A stretch of DNA of 64,000 bases from assembly GCA_963786615.1 (NCBI GenBank), contig CAWAZT010000014.1, positions 438,344 to 502,343 of the forward strand, in the 5' to 3' direction. This document shows, piece by piece, positions 1-9,652 of this stretch (the stretch's first letter is position 1; every line of letters begins with the position of its first letter). Source of the DNA: an uncultured Acidobacteriota bacterium (GTDB taxonomy: Bacteria > Acidobacteriota > Vicinamibacteria > Vicinamibacterales > 2-12-FULL-66-21). Made by a program: the position numbers and the translations under genes. The notes under the pieces were generated by a model that saw only the letters and a program-made list of their open reading frames with translations, was not told where the DNA came from and did no database searches.

Positions 1-84
1 GCCCCACTTCCGCTCGCCCGCGCTCGGCGGCCCGGCTGCGCCGGGCTACACTCCGTCGCCTCGCGCGAGCCGCAGGCGCTCTGC

Positions 85-969
85 CTACAGCGCTTGCGCG
101 CCGGACACGACCTCGATGATCTCTCGCGTAATGGCCGCCTGTCTGACCTTGTTCATGTACAACGTCAGCTGCTCCAGCATGTCGGCCGAGTTCCGCGTCG
201 CGGCGTCCATTGCCGTCATCTGCGCGGCGTAGAAAGCGGCGTTCGATTCGAGGAGCGCTCGAAACACCTGCACCTCGACGTGGCGCGGCAGAAGCGTGGT
301 GAAGAGCTCCTGCGGAGTGGGCTCGTAGAGATAGTCCACGGTTGGCCCCTCGGTCGCGCCGGGCGACGGTCCTTCGATGTCGAGCCGCGGGATCGGCAGC
401 AGGCGCTCGAGCACGATGCGCTGCTGGAGGACCGACTTGAACTCGTTGTACACGAGATACACGCTGTCGACGCGCCCCTCGACGAACTCCTCGATGGCGG
501 CCTGGGCGATGTCGCGCGCGTGATCGAACTGCAGCGCCTGGAACAGGTTCACCTGCTCGTATCGCACCTCGAAGCCCCGGCGCGCGAAGAAGTCGCGCCC
601 GCGCCGGCCGATCAGGCCCAGCGCGACCTGACGTCCGGCGTCCTCGGTAATGAAGTTGCCGGCCGCCTTGATCGCGTTCGTGTTGAAGCTGCCGCAGAGA
701 CCGCGGTCGGCTGTGATCACGAAGAGCAGGACCTTGCCGCCCGCGCGCTTCTCGAGCCGCTCGTCGAGCAGCGGGTGCGACCCGGGATCGACCCGCGTGG
801 CCAGGCTGTTCAGGACGCGCAGCATCTGCGTGGCGAAGGGACGCGCCTGCTGAATACGCTCCTGCGCGCGACGCAGACGCGACGCGGCGACCATTTTCAT
901 GGCCTTCGTGATCTGCTGCGTCGACTTGACCGCTCGGATCCGGCGTCGGATGTCCAGTAACGACGGCAT
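85..969 (-). CDS. atpG: F0F1 ATP synthase subunit gamma
   Basis: 294-aa ORF; N-terminus MPSLLDIRRRIRAVKSTQQITKAMKMVAAS is the canonical gamma-subunit start; lies after atpA in operon order. Confidence 0.9.
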   Translation of the reverse strand: MPSLLDIRRRIRAVKSTQQITKAMKMVAASRLRRAQERIQQARPFATQMLRVLNSLATRVDPGSHPLLDERLEKRAGGKVLLFVITADRGLCGSFNTNAIKAAGNFITEDAGRQVALGLIGRRGRDFFARRGFEVRYEQVNLFQALQFDHARDIAQAAIEEFVEGRVDSVYLVYNEFKSVLQQRIVLERLLPIPRLDIEGPSPGATEGPTVDYLYEPTPQELFTTLLPRHVEVQVFRALLESNAAFYAAQMTAMDAATRNSADMLEQLTLYMNKVRQAAITREIIEVVSGAQAL

Positions 970-975
970 GGTGTC

Positions 976-2505
976 TTATGCGGCGGCGGTCTTCTGCGCG
1001 GCCGAGAAATCCTTCCCGAACTCCTCCAGCGCCGCGTTGAGCTCGGGCTTGAGCTGGTCGTCGATCTGCTTCTTCTCGGCGAGCGACGAGAGGAGCTGCG
1101 ACTTGCGCGTGTCGAGGAACTTGTAGAGCTGCTCTTCGTAGGCTCGAAGGGCCTCGACCGGCACCGGGTCCAGATACCCGTTGGTGGCCGCGTAGATGAT
1201 CGCGACCTGCTTCTCGACCGCGAGCGGCTGGTACTGCGGCTGCTTCAGGATTTCGACCAGGCGGCGGCCGCGATTGAGCTGGTTGAGCGTCGCTTTGTCC
1301 AGGTCGGATCCAAACTGCGCGAACGCCGCGAGCTCCCGGTATTGCGCCAGGTCGAGCCGGAGCGTGCCGGCCACCTGCCGCATCGCTTTCACCTGCGCCG
1401 ATCCGCCGACGCGCGACACGGAGTTGCCGACGTTGATCGCGGGTCGCACACCCTGGTGGAACAGATCCGCTTCGAGGAAGATCTGGCCGTCGGTGATCGA
1501 GATCACGTTGGTCGGGATGTAGGCCGAGAGATCGCCCGCCTGCGTCTCGATGATCGGCAGGGCCGTCAGCGAGCCGCCGCCGAGCTCCTTCCGCAGCTTC
1601 GCAGCGCGTTCGAGGAGACGGGAGTGGAGATAGAAGACGTCGCCGGGGTACGCCTCGCGACCTGGGGGCCGGCGAAGCAGGAGGGAAATCTCACGGTACG
1701 CCTGCGCGTGCTTCGAGAGGTCGTCGTAGATGCACAGCACATGGCCGCCATTGTCCCGGAAGAACTCTCCAATCGTGCAGGCCGAGTACGGGCTGATGTA
1801 GAGCAGCGGCGCAGGATCGGACGCGCCGGCCGCCACCACGATCGTGTACTCCATCGCGCCCGCTTCCTCGAGCGTCCGCACGACCTGCGCAATCGTGGAC
1901 TGCTTCTGTCCGATCGCGTTGTAGATGCAGACGACGTTCTGCCCCTTCTGGTTGATGATGGCGTCGACAGCGACCGCAGTCTTGCCGGTCTGTCGGTCGC
2001 CGATGATCAACTCGCGCTGACCCCGGCCGATCGGCACCATCGCGTCGATGGCCTTCAGTCCAGTCTGCAGCGGCTCCTTGACCGGCTGGCGATCCACGAC
2101 GCCTGGCGCGATCCGCTCGATCGGCATCGACTGTTGCGACACGATCGGGCCCTTCCCGTCGATGGGTCGGCCCAGCGCGTTCACGACACGGCCCACGAGC
2201 TCGTTGCCGACCGGGACCGACATGATGCGCTTCGTGCGCTTCACGGTGTCCCCTTCGCGGATTTCCGTGAAGTCGCCCAGCAGCACCGTGCCGACGCTGT
2301 CCTCTTCCAGATTCAGCGCGATGCCGAACACGTCGTGCGGGAACTCGAGCATCTCGCCGGCCATCGTCTTCTCGACGCCGTGCACACGCGCGATGCCGTC
2401 GCCAACCGATACGACCGTGCCGACTTCGGCGACGTCGACGTCGACGGCATAGCTGCCGATCTGGTCGCGGATGATCTTTGAGATTTCTTCGGCTCTTATG
2501 TCCAT
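976..2505 (-). CDS. atpA: F0F1 ATP synthase subunit alpha
   Basis: 509-aa intact ORF with the alpha-subunit nucleotide-binding region ([18 protein letters not shown]); 6-nt gap to atpG. Confidence 0.92.
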   Translation of the reverse strand: MDIRAEEISKIIRDQIGSYAVDVDVAEVGTVVSVGDGIARVHGVEKTMAGEMLEFPHDVFGIALNLEEDSVGTVLLGDFTEIREGDTVKRTKRIMSVPVGNELVGRVVNALGRPIDGKGPIVSQQSMPIERIAPGVVDRQPVKEPLQTGLKAIDAMVPIGRGQRELIIGDRQTGKTAVAVDAIINQKGQNVVCIYNAIGQKQSTIAQVVRTLEEAGAMEYTIVVAAGASDPAPLLYISPYSACTIGEFFRDNGGHVLCIYDDLSKHAQAYREISLLLRRPPGREAYPGDVFYLHSRLLERAAKLRKELGGGSLTALPIIETQAGDLSAYIPTNVISITDGQIFLEADLFHQGVRPAINVGNSVSRVGGSAQVKAMRQVAGTLRLDLAQYRELAAFAQFGSDLDKATLNQLNRGRRLVEILKQPQYQPLAVEKQVAIIYAATNGYLDPVPVEALRAYEEQLYKFLDTRKSQLLSSLAEKKQIDDQLKPELNAALEEFGKDFSAAQKTAAA

Positions 2506-2556
2506 ATTTTCCCGCGCTCGCTTCTTTACCTTCTACCTTCTGCCTTCTGCGCGCGC

Positions 2557-3108
2557 CTACTGACCGCCTTCGATCAGCGCGTCTTTCATCCTGCTCAACT
2601 GCGTCGTCACGCTGCCGTCGTAGATAGTGCTGCCGAGGCGCGTGACCACGCCGCCGATGATCGCAGGGTCGACTCTGGATTCGAGGATGACCCTGCGGCC
2701 GGTGGCTTTCTCCAGCCCTTGTTCCAGCAGGCGCAGTTTCTGGGCGTCGAGCGCGACGGCGGTCGTCACGCTGCCGCGGATGATGCGCTGGTGATCCAGA
2801 AGGCGTTCCTGATAGGCAGACGCGAGATCGGAGAGCAGCACGAGGCGATCCCGCTCCGCCAGCAGCAACACCAGCTTCGAGAGCGGGGGCGAGAACGGCC
2901 CGACGCGCTTGAGCAGCGATGTGACCAGCGCCGCTTTGCGCGCCCCAGGAATCGCCGGGTTCGCGAAGACGCTGGTGAGGGCTTCGTGCGATTGCACCAG
3001 GCCGACGAAGCCATTCAGCTCGTCGCCGATCTTCGAGACGTCCGACTCGCGTAAGGCGACGTCGAACAGGGCACGCGCGTAACGGCTCGCGGCGGCGTGC
3101 CGGGTCAC
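2557..3108 (-). CDS. atpH: F0F1 ATP synthase subunit delta (OSCP)
   Basis: 183-aa ORF with delta/OSCP-like N-terminus (AASRYARALFDVA); start overlaps atpF stop (ATGA). Confidence 0.8.
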   Translation of the reverse strand: MTRHAAASRYARALFDVALRESDVSKIGDELNGFVGLVQSHEALTSVFANPAIPGARKAALVTSLLKRVGPFSPPLSKLVLLLAERDRLVLLSDLASAYQERLLDHQRIIRGSVTTAVALDAQKLRLLEQGLEKATGRRVILESRVDPAIIGGVVTRLGSTIYDGSVTTQLSRMKDALIEGGQ

Positions 3109-3764
3109 AGGCCCGTCTCCTTCAACTGCGCGGCGTATCGATCGACGAGCCGCACCTGGTCGTCCGGCGTGATCGTTTGCGTGATTCGCTGGGTCGCCAC
3201 GGCAACCGCTTGCGTCGCGGCGAACTCGAGCAGCTGCCGCTTCAGGACGCGCGCGTGCAGCTCGATCTCGCGCCGCGTCTGGTCGAGCAGACGCAGACGT
3301 TCGGTTTCAGCAGCTTCTTCGATCCGCCCACGCTCCGCGGCAATTTCTTCCGCGCCGCGCTGCTTCAACGCGGCCAATTCTCCGGGCAGGGTGCTCAGCT
3401 TGGTTTGAATCTCGGCGTGCAGCCGATTCGCGGTCTCCCGCGTCATCGCCGCCGTGACCAGATCTTCGCGGACCTTCGTGATGCGTGAATTCAGGTAGAC
3501 GGTCAGCGGCTGCCGGAGGAAGTAGACGAGCACGCCGACCAGCACGGCAAAGTTGAATATCTTCGCGATGGTGGGGAGCCAGCCGCTCTCGTGCGCGTGC
3601 TCACCGTCGGTTGCTTCCGCGTGACCCGCTTCGTGCTGTGGCGCTGCGGCGGGAGCCTCCTGGCCGGCCCGAACGGCGTGGGTCGTGACACCAAGCGCCA
3701 GCACGAGCAGCAGGGCTGCCAGCGTGCGGGTCACGATTGGTGTGAGCCGAGAGTCAGATCTCAT
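3105..3764 (-). CDS. atpF: F0F1 ATP synthase subunit b
   Basis: The listed 3105..4280 ORF is an over-extension. The real protein most likely starts at the ATG at 3764 (MRSDSRLTPIVTRTLAALLLVLALGV...): single N-terminal TM followed by a long charged coiled coil typical of b subunits. Confidence 0.7.
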   Translation of the reverse strand: MRSDSRLTPIVTRTLAALLLVLALGVTTHAVRAGQEAPAAAPQHEAGHAEATDGEHAHESGWLPTIAKIFNFAVLVGVLVYFLRQPLTVYLNSRITKVREDLVTAAMTRETANRLHAEIQTKLSTLPGELAALKQRGAEEIAAERGRIEEAAETERLRLLDQTRREIELHARVLKRQLLEFAATQAVAVATQRITQTITPDDQVRLVDRYAAQLKETGL

Positions 3765-3814
3765 GGGTGATGAGGCAGCAGGCCGCAAACTCGAATGGAA
3801 ACCAGCGTCCCGGT

Positions 3815-4240
3815 TCAGGACGCCTTTCGCCCCAGAACACGCTCGGCCGCCGCGGCGCCGAGCACCTGTGCGTCGGCCTCGAGCCGGCGCCTGGCCTCTT
3901 CGGCTTCGGCCTGCAGTTCGCGCGAGGCCCTGGCAACGGCGGCTGCGGCTTCCGCACGCGTCGCCGCCACGATTTCTGCCTTCCGCGCATCGGCCGCGCG
4001 ACGCATCTCGTCCATCTGTTGATAAATCTCCGCGCGCGCCGCCGTTGTTTTTCGATCGAGCTCCTCCGAAGCAGCCTGCGCGTCCGCTGCCGACCGCCGT
4101 GCGAGCTCGCGTGCCGAATCGATCGCTTCCTCGCGCTTTCGGATGACCTCGAGGACCGGCCGCAACAACAGCCGGTTGATCACCATCGTGAGAAAGAGAA
4201 GAAGAACGATGACCCAGATGACGGATAAATTCGGGAGCAC
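3815..4240 (-). CDS. ATP synthase subunit b' (second b-type stalk subunit)
   Basis: ORF 3815..4288 with LPNLSVIWVIVLLLFLTMVINRLLLRPVLEVIRKREEAIDSA, the classic b/b' TM plus coiled coil; probable GTG start near 4240 (VLPNLS...). Confidence 0.65.
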   Translation of the reverse strand: MLPNLSVIWVIVLLLFLTMVINRLLLRPVLEVIRKREEAIDSARELARRSAADAQAASEELDRKTTAARAEIYQQMDEMRRAADARKAEIVAATRAEAAAAVARASRELQAEAEEARRRLEADAQVLGAAAAERVLGRKAS

Positions 4241-4302
4241 AGCGCCTCGTTTGTTGCCGTTCTGCCGGGCCCTTCGGCACCCGGACAAAACATCAATTTA
4301 TA

Positions 4303-4381
4303 CCATCACACAGCACAGGTTCTCAAGGTTCTCGGTTCTCTCGTTCTCGGGTTCAGGTTCTCAGGTTCTCGAGGTTCCCGT
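4303..4381. promoter_or_regulatory. Putative atpF'FHAG promoter: TATAAA -10-like box preceded by 7-8 tandem GAGAACC (GGTTCTC) repeats
   Basis: Seen directly: ggttctcaaggttctcggttctctcgttctcgggttcaggttctcaggttctcgaggttccc at 4318-4378; on the gene strand this reads ...gagaacc x7...ggTATAAAttg just upstream of the b' start. Confidence 0.4.
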
Positions 4382-5413
4382 CTACGAGACGCGAACGCAC
4401 GGGGCACCCGCCGCGGCGCGCCCGATGGTCCATGCCGGCACACCGCGCTGAGCGAACGCGTCGAGGGCGGCGTCGAGCGCGGGGGCGGCAATGGCGACGA
4501 GCAACCCACCCGATGTCTGCGGATCGAACAGGAGCTGCACCTGGCGGCTGTCCGCACCAGCGTCCGCCTGGAAATACCCGCGGACGTACGCCTCATTCGT
4601 TCGAGCCCCGCCGGGCGTATTCCCTTCGAGGAGATCCATCGCGCCTGGGAGCACGGGGACACTTGCCGCCTCGATCTCGACGATACAGCGGCTGGCGCGG
4701 GCCATTTCCGAGGCGTGTCCGGCAAGGCCAAATCCGGTGACGTCCGTGCAGGCGTGGACGACGGCTGGCGGAAGCGTGGATAGGGCTGCGGCCGCCGCCC
4801 GATTGAGGGTGGTCATCGATTCGATAGCGGCATCCGCGGCTGACGCGGGTGCGCGATCGAACTTGATCGCTGTGGCAATGACGCCCGTCCCGATCGCCTT
4901 GGTCAGCACCAGCCGATCGCCGTCCTGCGCGCCGGCGTTCGTCCAGACCCGATCCGGATCCACCTCGCCGGTCACGGCATACCCGAACTTGATTTCCTGG
5001 TCCTGCACCGTGTGGCCGCCAAGCAGCGCGGCGCCAGCCTCGCGAAGGATCTCCAGCCCGCCGCGAAAGATCGTCGCGAGGACGGTCGCGTCTCCGTCTC
5101 GCGGAAATGTCGCCACGGCCAACGCCGTCAGCGGCCGCCCGCCCATGGCGTAGACATCCGACAAGGCATTTGCCGCGGCAATGCGCCCATACGTGACGGG
5201 GTCGTCGACAATCGGCGTGAAGAAATCGACGGTCTGCACCAACGCGCGCCGCTCATCCAACCTGAAGATCCCCGCATCGTCGGCGGTCCGGTAGTCGACG
5301 AGCACGCGGGAGTCGGATCCGAGAGGGAGCTCAGCGAGCACGTGGGCCAGCTCCCCAGCGGCGAACTTGCTGGCGCAACCGGCACAGGCCGCGTAGTGGG
5401 TGAGTTTCTTCAT
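4382..5413 (-). CDS. selD: Selenide, water dikinase (selenophosphate synthetase), Cys-type
   Basis: 343-aa ORF with N-terminal LTHYAACAGCASK (Cys at the Sec/Cys position) and FFTPIVDDP...GRIAAANALSDVYAMGG motifs of SelD/AIR-synthase family. Confidence 0.85.
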   Translation of the reverse strand: MKKLTHYAACAGCASKFAAGELAHVLAELPLGSDSRVLVDYRTADDAGIFRLDERRALVQTVDFFTPIVDDPVTYGRIAAANALSDVYAMGGRPLTALAVATFPRDGDATVLATIFRGGLEILREAGAALLGGHTVQDQEIKFGYAVTGEVDPDRVWTNAGAQDGDRLVLTKAIGTGVIATAIKFDRAPASAADAAIESMTTLNRAAAAALSTLPPAVVHACTDVTGFGLAGHASEMARASRCIVEIEAASVPVLPGAMDLLEGNTPGGARTNEAYVRGYFQADAGADSRQVQLLFDPQTSGGLLVAIAAPALDAALDAFAQRGVPAWTIGRAAAGAPCVRVS

Positions 5414-5424
5414 TGGGCCGCCGG

Positions 5425-6273
5425 CTAGGTTCGGTCCGTCAGCTGCTCGAAGATGCGCTGCAGCTCGTCCTCGTTCGTGAACTCGATTTCGAGTCGTCCG
5501 CCCTTGCCCTTGCGCACGATTCGGACACGCGTACCGAGCGCGATCCGCAACCGATCCTCGGCCGCGCGCGTGTGGACGTCCTTCACGGGCTCAGGCTTCG
5601 AGGGAGCGGGCTGCTGCGCCTTGCGGATGAGCGCCTCGGTTTCGCGCACGGAGAGGCTCGACGCGACGATGACTCGGGAGAGCTGGAGTTGGCGTGCTTC
5701 GTCGCCAATGCCGAGCAGCGCGCGCGCATGGCCCATCGACAATGCGCCCGACGCGAGGTTGGCGCGCACTTCCTGGGGCAGCCGAAGCAGCCGGACGTAG
5801 TTGGCGATCGACGATCGATCCTTGCCGACGGCGTCGGCGATCTGCTCCTGCGTGAGCTGGAAATCGTCCACGAGCCGGCGATATGCGTGGGCTTCTTCGA
5901 TCGGATTCAGGTCTTCGCGCTGAATGTTCTCGATGAGCGCGACCGCCAGCAGCTGGTCCTCAGGAATGTCACGAACGACCACGGGAACTTTGAGGAGACC
6001 GACGCGCTGCGCCGCCCGCCAGCGGCGTTCGCCGGCCACGATCTCGTAGCCACCGTCGACGCGCCGGACCACGATCGGCTGGATGATGCCGTTGGATCGA
6101 ATCGAGCGCGACAGGTCATCGATCCGCGCATCATCGATGTGCGTGCGCGGCTGAAACTTGTTGGGCCGCAGCAGATCGGTGTCGACGTCGAGCGCCCGCT
6201 CGGGAGCCGTCAGAGGCGCGTCGGGAATGAGCGCGCTCAGTCCTCGTCCGAGCGCCGGCCGCTTTTCAATCAT
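5425..6273 (-). CDS. parB: Chromosome partitioning protein ParB (Spo0J)
   Basis: 282-aa ORF with ParB box GLSALI..., LRPNKFQPR, IIQPIVVRR; overlaps parA by 8 nt. Confidence 0.88.
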   Translation of the reverse strand: MIEKRPALGRGLSALIPDAPLTAPERALDVDTDLLRPNKFQPRTHIDDARIDDLSRSIRSNGIIQPIVVRRVDGGYEIVAGERRWRAAQRVGLLKVPVVVRDIPEDQLLAVALIENIQREDLNPIEEAHAYRRLVDDFQLTQEQIADAVGKDRSSIANYVRLLRLPQEVRANLASGALSMGHARALLGIGDEARQLQLSRVIVASSLSVRETEALIRKAQQPAPSKPEPVKDVHTRAAEDRLRIALGTRVRIVRKGKGGRLEIEFTNEDELQRIFEQLTDRT

Positions 6274-7075
6274 GGTGGGGCTCCGTCGCCGCGGACAACG
6301 CGGCGGTTTCGCGCGCGAGCAATTCGCGCGCGAGCGACAGATAGGCTTCGGCGCCGCGAGACTTCACGTCGTAGAGAATGCCCGGCAGGCCGTGGCTGGG
6401 CGCCTCACCGAGCCGGATGTTGCGCGGGATCACGGTATCGAAGACCCGATCCTGAAAGAACTGGCGGATGTCGCGCGACACCTGCTGACCCAGGTTCGTT
6501 CGCTCGTCGTACATCGTCATCAGGACGCCCGCGATATCGAGGGACGGGTTCAACGCGCCGCGGACACGCCGAAGCGTCGCCACGAGATCCGCGAGACCCT
6601 CGAGAGCGAAGTACTCGCAGTTGAGCGGAATCAGCACCGCGTCAGCCGCCACGAGAGCGTTCAGCGTCAGCAAACCGAGCGACGGCGGCGTGTCGATGAA
6701 GATGAACTCGAACCGATCGCGCAGCGATTCGAGCACATGGCGAAGGCGGCGCTCCCGATTCGGCAGCAGCACGAGCTCGACCTCCGCTCCCGTCAGGTTG
6801 CGATCGGCAGGCATCAGCCAGAGATTTCTGACGCGGGTGTCGAGCAGAAACCCCGAAGCGTCGTCGATGGGCTCACCGGTCAGGGCTTCGTAAATCGTCC
6901 CCGAGGCGGCCGCCCGACCTTTCAGGCCAATGCCACTCGTCAGGTTACCCTGCGGGTCCATGTCGACCAGGAGGACACGCTGTTCCGCTAAAGCCAATGC
7001 TGTCGCGACGTTAATGGCTGTCGTCGTCTTGCCGACGCCCCCTTTTTGATTGGCAACCGCCAGAATACGTGCCAT
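6266..7075 (-). CDS. parA: Chromosome partitioning ATPase ParA (Soj)
   Basis: 269-aa ORF with deviant Walker A KGGVGKTTTAINVATALA. Confidence 0.9.
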   Translation of the reverse strand: MARILAVANQKGGVGKTTTAINVATALALAEQRVLLVDMDPQGNLTSGIGLKGRAAASGTIYEALTGEPIDDASGFLLDTRVRNLWLMPADRNLTGAEVELVLLPNRERRLRHVLESLRDRFEFIFIDTPPSLGLLTLNALVAADAVLIPLNCEYFALEGLADLVATLRRVRGALNPSLDIAGVLMTMYDERTNLGQQVSRDIRQFFQDRVFDTVIPRNIRLGEAPSHGLPGILYDVKSRGAEAYLSLARELLARETAALSAATEPHHD

Positions 7076-7156
7076 GTTTTGGTTGATTGACCTATTGAAG
7101 ATCCTTGCGGGGCATGATCAGGGTAAGTCAGGCGTGAGGGGTAATCAAGTGCCGTA

Positions 7157-7172
7157 TGTTCCACGTGGAACA
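7157..7172. promoter_or_regulatory. parS centromere site (TGTTCCACGTGGAACA)
   Basis: Perfect 16-bp palindrome matching the parS consensus TGTTNCACGTGNAACA, in the 100-bp gap between rsmG and parA. Confidence 0.7.
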
Positions 7173-7176
7173 TCCG

Positions 7177-7812
7177 TCAAGCCGGTATCAAGACCTGCAG
7201 GCTGCTTCTCGTTGACTGCAGAAGAGAATAGGCGTCCATCAAGTGAAATCCTGCGGTGAAGAAATCGCTGCGCGGTTGTCCGCTCGAGAACAATGCAAGC
7301 CGACCTTCTGGGGCGATAAAGCTCTTCAGTTTGATAAAGACGACGGGGTCAAGCCTGACGGCTCGGACGGAAATCAGTGGTTGCGGACCGCCGACGTCGG
7401 CGACCGACAGCGACTCCAGCCGAGCGGCCTCAACTCGGGCAGGAATCGCGAGTTCCCTGGCGGCCTCCCTGAGGAATGAGGCTTTCCTCGAATTCGATTC
7501 CACCATCACCAGAGAAGTGACGCCGAGAGCGATCGCCAACGGAATTGCCGGGGACCCGCCACCGGAGCCAATGTCCAGGAGCTGTGATTGGGAAGGGAGG
7601 TGACGGGCGGCGGCGAGCGGCTCGAGCAGCAGTCGGTCGATCGCATCGTCCACATTACGGAGGGATGTCAGATTGATGGTCCGATTCCAGTGTTCCAGAA
7701 GAGCATAGTAGGCTGCCAGACGAGACGCGACGAGGGGATCGAGGTCCAGCGCCGCCTGGGACGACCGCTCGGCAAGCCGCTGAAGCAAATCGGACGCGGA
7801 CATCCGTCGAGG
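7177..7812 (-). CDS. rsmG: 16S rRNA (guanine527-N7)-methyltransferase RsmG (GidB)
   Basis: C-terminal ~210 aa of ORF 7177..8664, beginning [10 protein letters not shown]...[18 protein letters not shown] (SAM-binding motif); the upstream part of that ORF is really mnmG, run in by a frameshift. Confidence 0.8.
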   Translation of the reverse strand, partial: PRRMSASDLLQRLAERSSQAALDLDPLVASRLAAYYALLEHWNRTINLTSLRNVDDAIDRLLLEPLAAARHLPSQSQLLDIGSGGGSPAIPLAIALGVTSLVMVESNSRKASFLREAARELAIPARVEAARLESLSVADVGGPQPLISVRAVRLDPVVFIKLKSFIAPEGRLALFSSGQPRSDFFTAGFHLMDAYSLLQSTRSSLQVLIPA

Positions 7813-7820
7813 CGGAAAGG

Positions 7821-9628
7821 TCAGTGAGATCCGATGTGCGCGGCGATCAGTGCGACCGCAGCGGGCGTCACGCCTGGAACGCGCTGGGCCTGGGCGAGGG
7901 TTTCGGGCCGGACGCTCGACAGGCGCTCCACCATCTCGCGAGACAGGCCAGGGATGCCGGCATACACGAAGTGCGACGGGATCACTCGCGATTCCTGACG
8001 TCGCAGACGCTCGATCGACTGCGTCTGCCTCTCGAGATACCCCGCGTAGCGGAACTCCGTCTGGAGGCTGATTGCGTCCAGCGGGTCCTGGAATGTCGAG
8101 CGTCAACTGACGATCGCGCACGAGCGTCAGCAGATCGACTGAGGGCTGACGTAGCGCGCGACAGGCGAGCATGCGCTGCGGGCCTGCGCCGACGGACGAG
8201 TTCCTCACGACCTCGCGATTGCGTTCGAGGCGATCCCGACGACCCTCGAATGCCTCCCAGCGGCTGTCGTCCACGAGGCCAATCGCTCGAGCGGCGGGCG
8301 TGAGCCTCAGATCGGCGTTGTCGATTCTGAGAAGCAGCCGGTGCTCTGCGCGCGACGTGAACATCCGGTACGGCTCCAGACACCCTCGGGTCGTCAGGTC
8401 GTCGATCATGACGCCGATGTACGCCTCGTCGCGCCCGAGCACGAAGGCGCCGGCCTGCCCGAGCGCCGCGTTGATTCCTGCAACCAAGCCCTGAGCCGCT
8501 GCTTCCTCGTAGCCTGACGTTCCGTTGATCTGACCGGCGAGAAAGAGGCCCGGAACACGACTGCGTTTCGAGCGTGCGGTCGAGCTCGGTCGGTTGAATG
8601 AAGTCGTACTCGACGGCGTAACCCGGCCGGAGCACTTCGGCGTCCTCGAGGCCCGGAAGCGCATGGACGATCTCGGCCTGCACGGCTTCAGGCAGGCTCA
8701 TCGAGTAGCCGTTGACGTAAATCTCGTCGACGTCGACGCCCTCCGGCTCCAGAAAGATCTGGTGACGCTCGCGGTGAGGAAACCGCATCACCTTGTCTTC
8801 GAGCGATGGGCAATAACGCGGACCGACGCCAGAAATCTGGCCGTTGTACAGCGGCGATTCGCCGATGTGATCCCGAACGAGTTGATGGACACGCTCGGTC
8901 GTGTGAACGAGGTAGCAAGAGATTTGGGGCCGCTTCAGATCTCGCGTCTTGAAGGAAAACGGAACAGGTGGATCGTCGCCGCGCTCCTCGACGAACCGGG
9001 AGAAGTCGATGCTTCGACGATGAAGCCGTGGCGGCGTCCCGGTCTTCAGGCGACCCCAGCGAAAACCAAATGACTTCAGCGATTCCGCCAGGTCTCGCGA
9101 CGGCGGTTCGTCTGCCCGACCCGACGGTCGCTGCACCGGCCCGACGTGAACCAGCCCGTTGAGAAACGTGCCGGTGGTGACGACCAGCGCATCGCACCGA
9201 TAGGTGTCGCCGTCCTCGAGCGCGAGACCGCTGACACGGCCTTCCGTCACGAGTATCCGACCGGCGCGCCCGATAATCCACGAGAGGTTCGGCACCGCCG
9301 AGAGCGCCTCGCGAACCCAGCCGCCGTAGGCGCGCTTGTCGGCCTGCGCGCGTGGCGACCAGACCGCGGGGCCGCGGCTGCGATTGAGCAGCTTGAACTG
9401 GATGCCGGTCGCATCGATCGCCAGCCCCATCAGACCGCCGAGCGCGTCAATCTCCCGAACAAGGTGGCCCTTCGCTGTTCCTCCGACTGCCGGATTGCAC
9501 GGCATGTGGGCGACGGTCTCGAGCGAGAGCGTGCAGATGCCCACACTCCGGCCCATCCGGGCCGCGGCCCACGCGGCTTCTACGCCGGCATGGCCGGCGC
9601 CGATGACGATGACGTCGAAATGGCGCAC
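7821..9628 (-). CDS. mnmG: tRNA uridine 5-carboxymethylaminomethyl modification enzyme MnmG (GidA), interrupted by 2 frameshifts
   Basis: N-terminus [26 protein letters not shown] (FAD fold) in the 9628 frame; ...[21 protein letters not shown] in the 8664 frame; C-terminus ...[11 protein letters not shown]...[18 protein letters not shown] in a third frame ending TGA ~7821. Frame changes at ~8553 (one extra base; removing it restores [14 protein letters not shown]) and at ~8090. Confidence 0.8.
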
Positions 9629-9652
9629 AGTATTTGTGACGTAAGTATTTAC

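Noticed and set aside
94-960. Long GC-rich ORFs on the strand opposite to well-supported genes. Examples: 94..960(+), 1342..2481(+), 5413..6624(+), 15970..17094(-), 18546..19697(-), 19847..22129(-), 23420..24982(+), 25576..26673(-), 27180..28661(-), 28665..29927(-), 49916..51898(-), 54546..57056(+), 57709..59484(+)
   Set aside because: Antisense to genes with strong conserved motifs. Their translations are Arg/Ala/Gly/Pro-rich low-complexity sequence typical of spurious ORFs in high-GC DNA, and no conserved motifs were recognised
4382-5413. Possible in-frame TGA (Sec) codon in selD
   Set aside because: The ORF is continuous with a Cys codon at the catalytic position (AACAGCASK); no in-frame TGA
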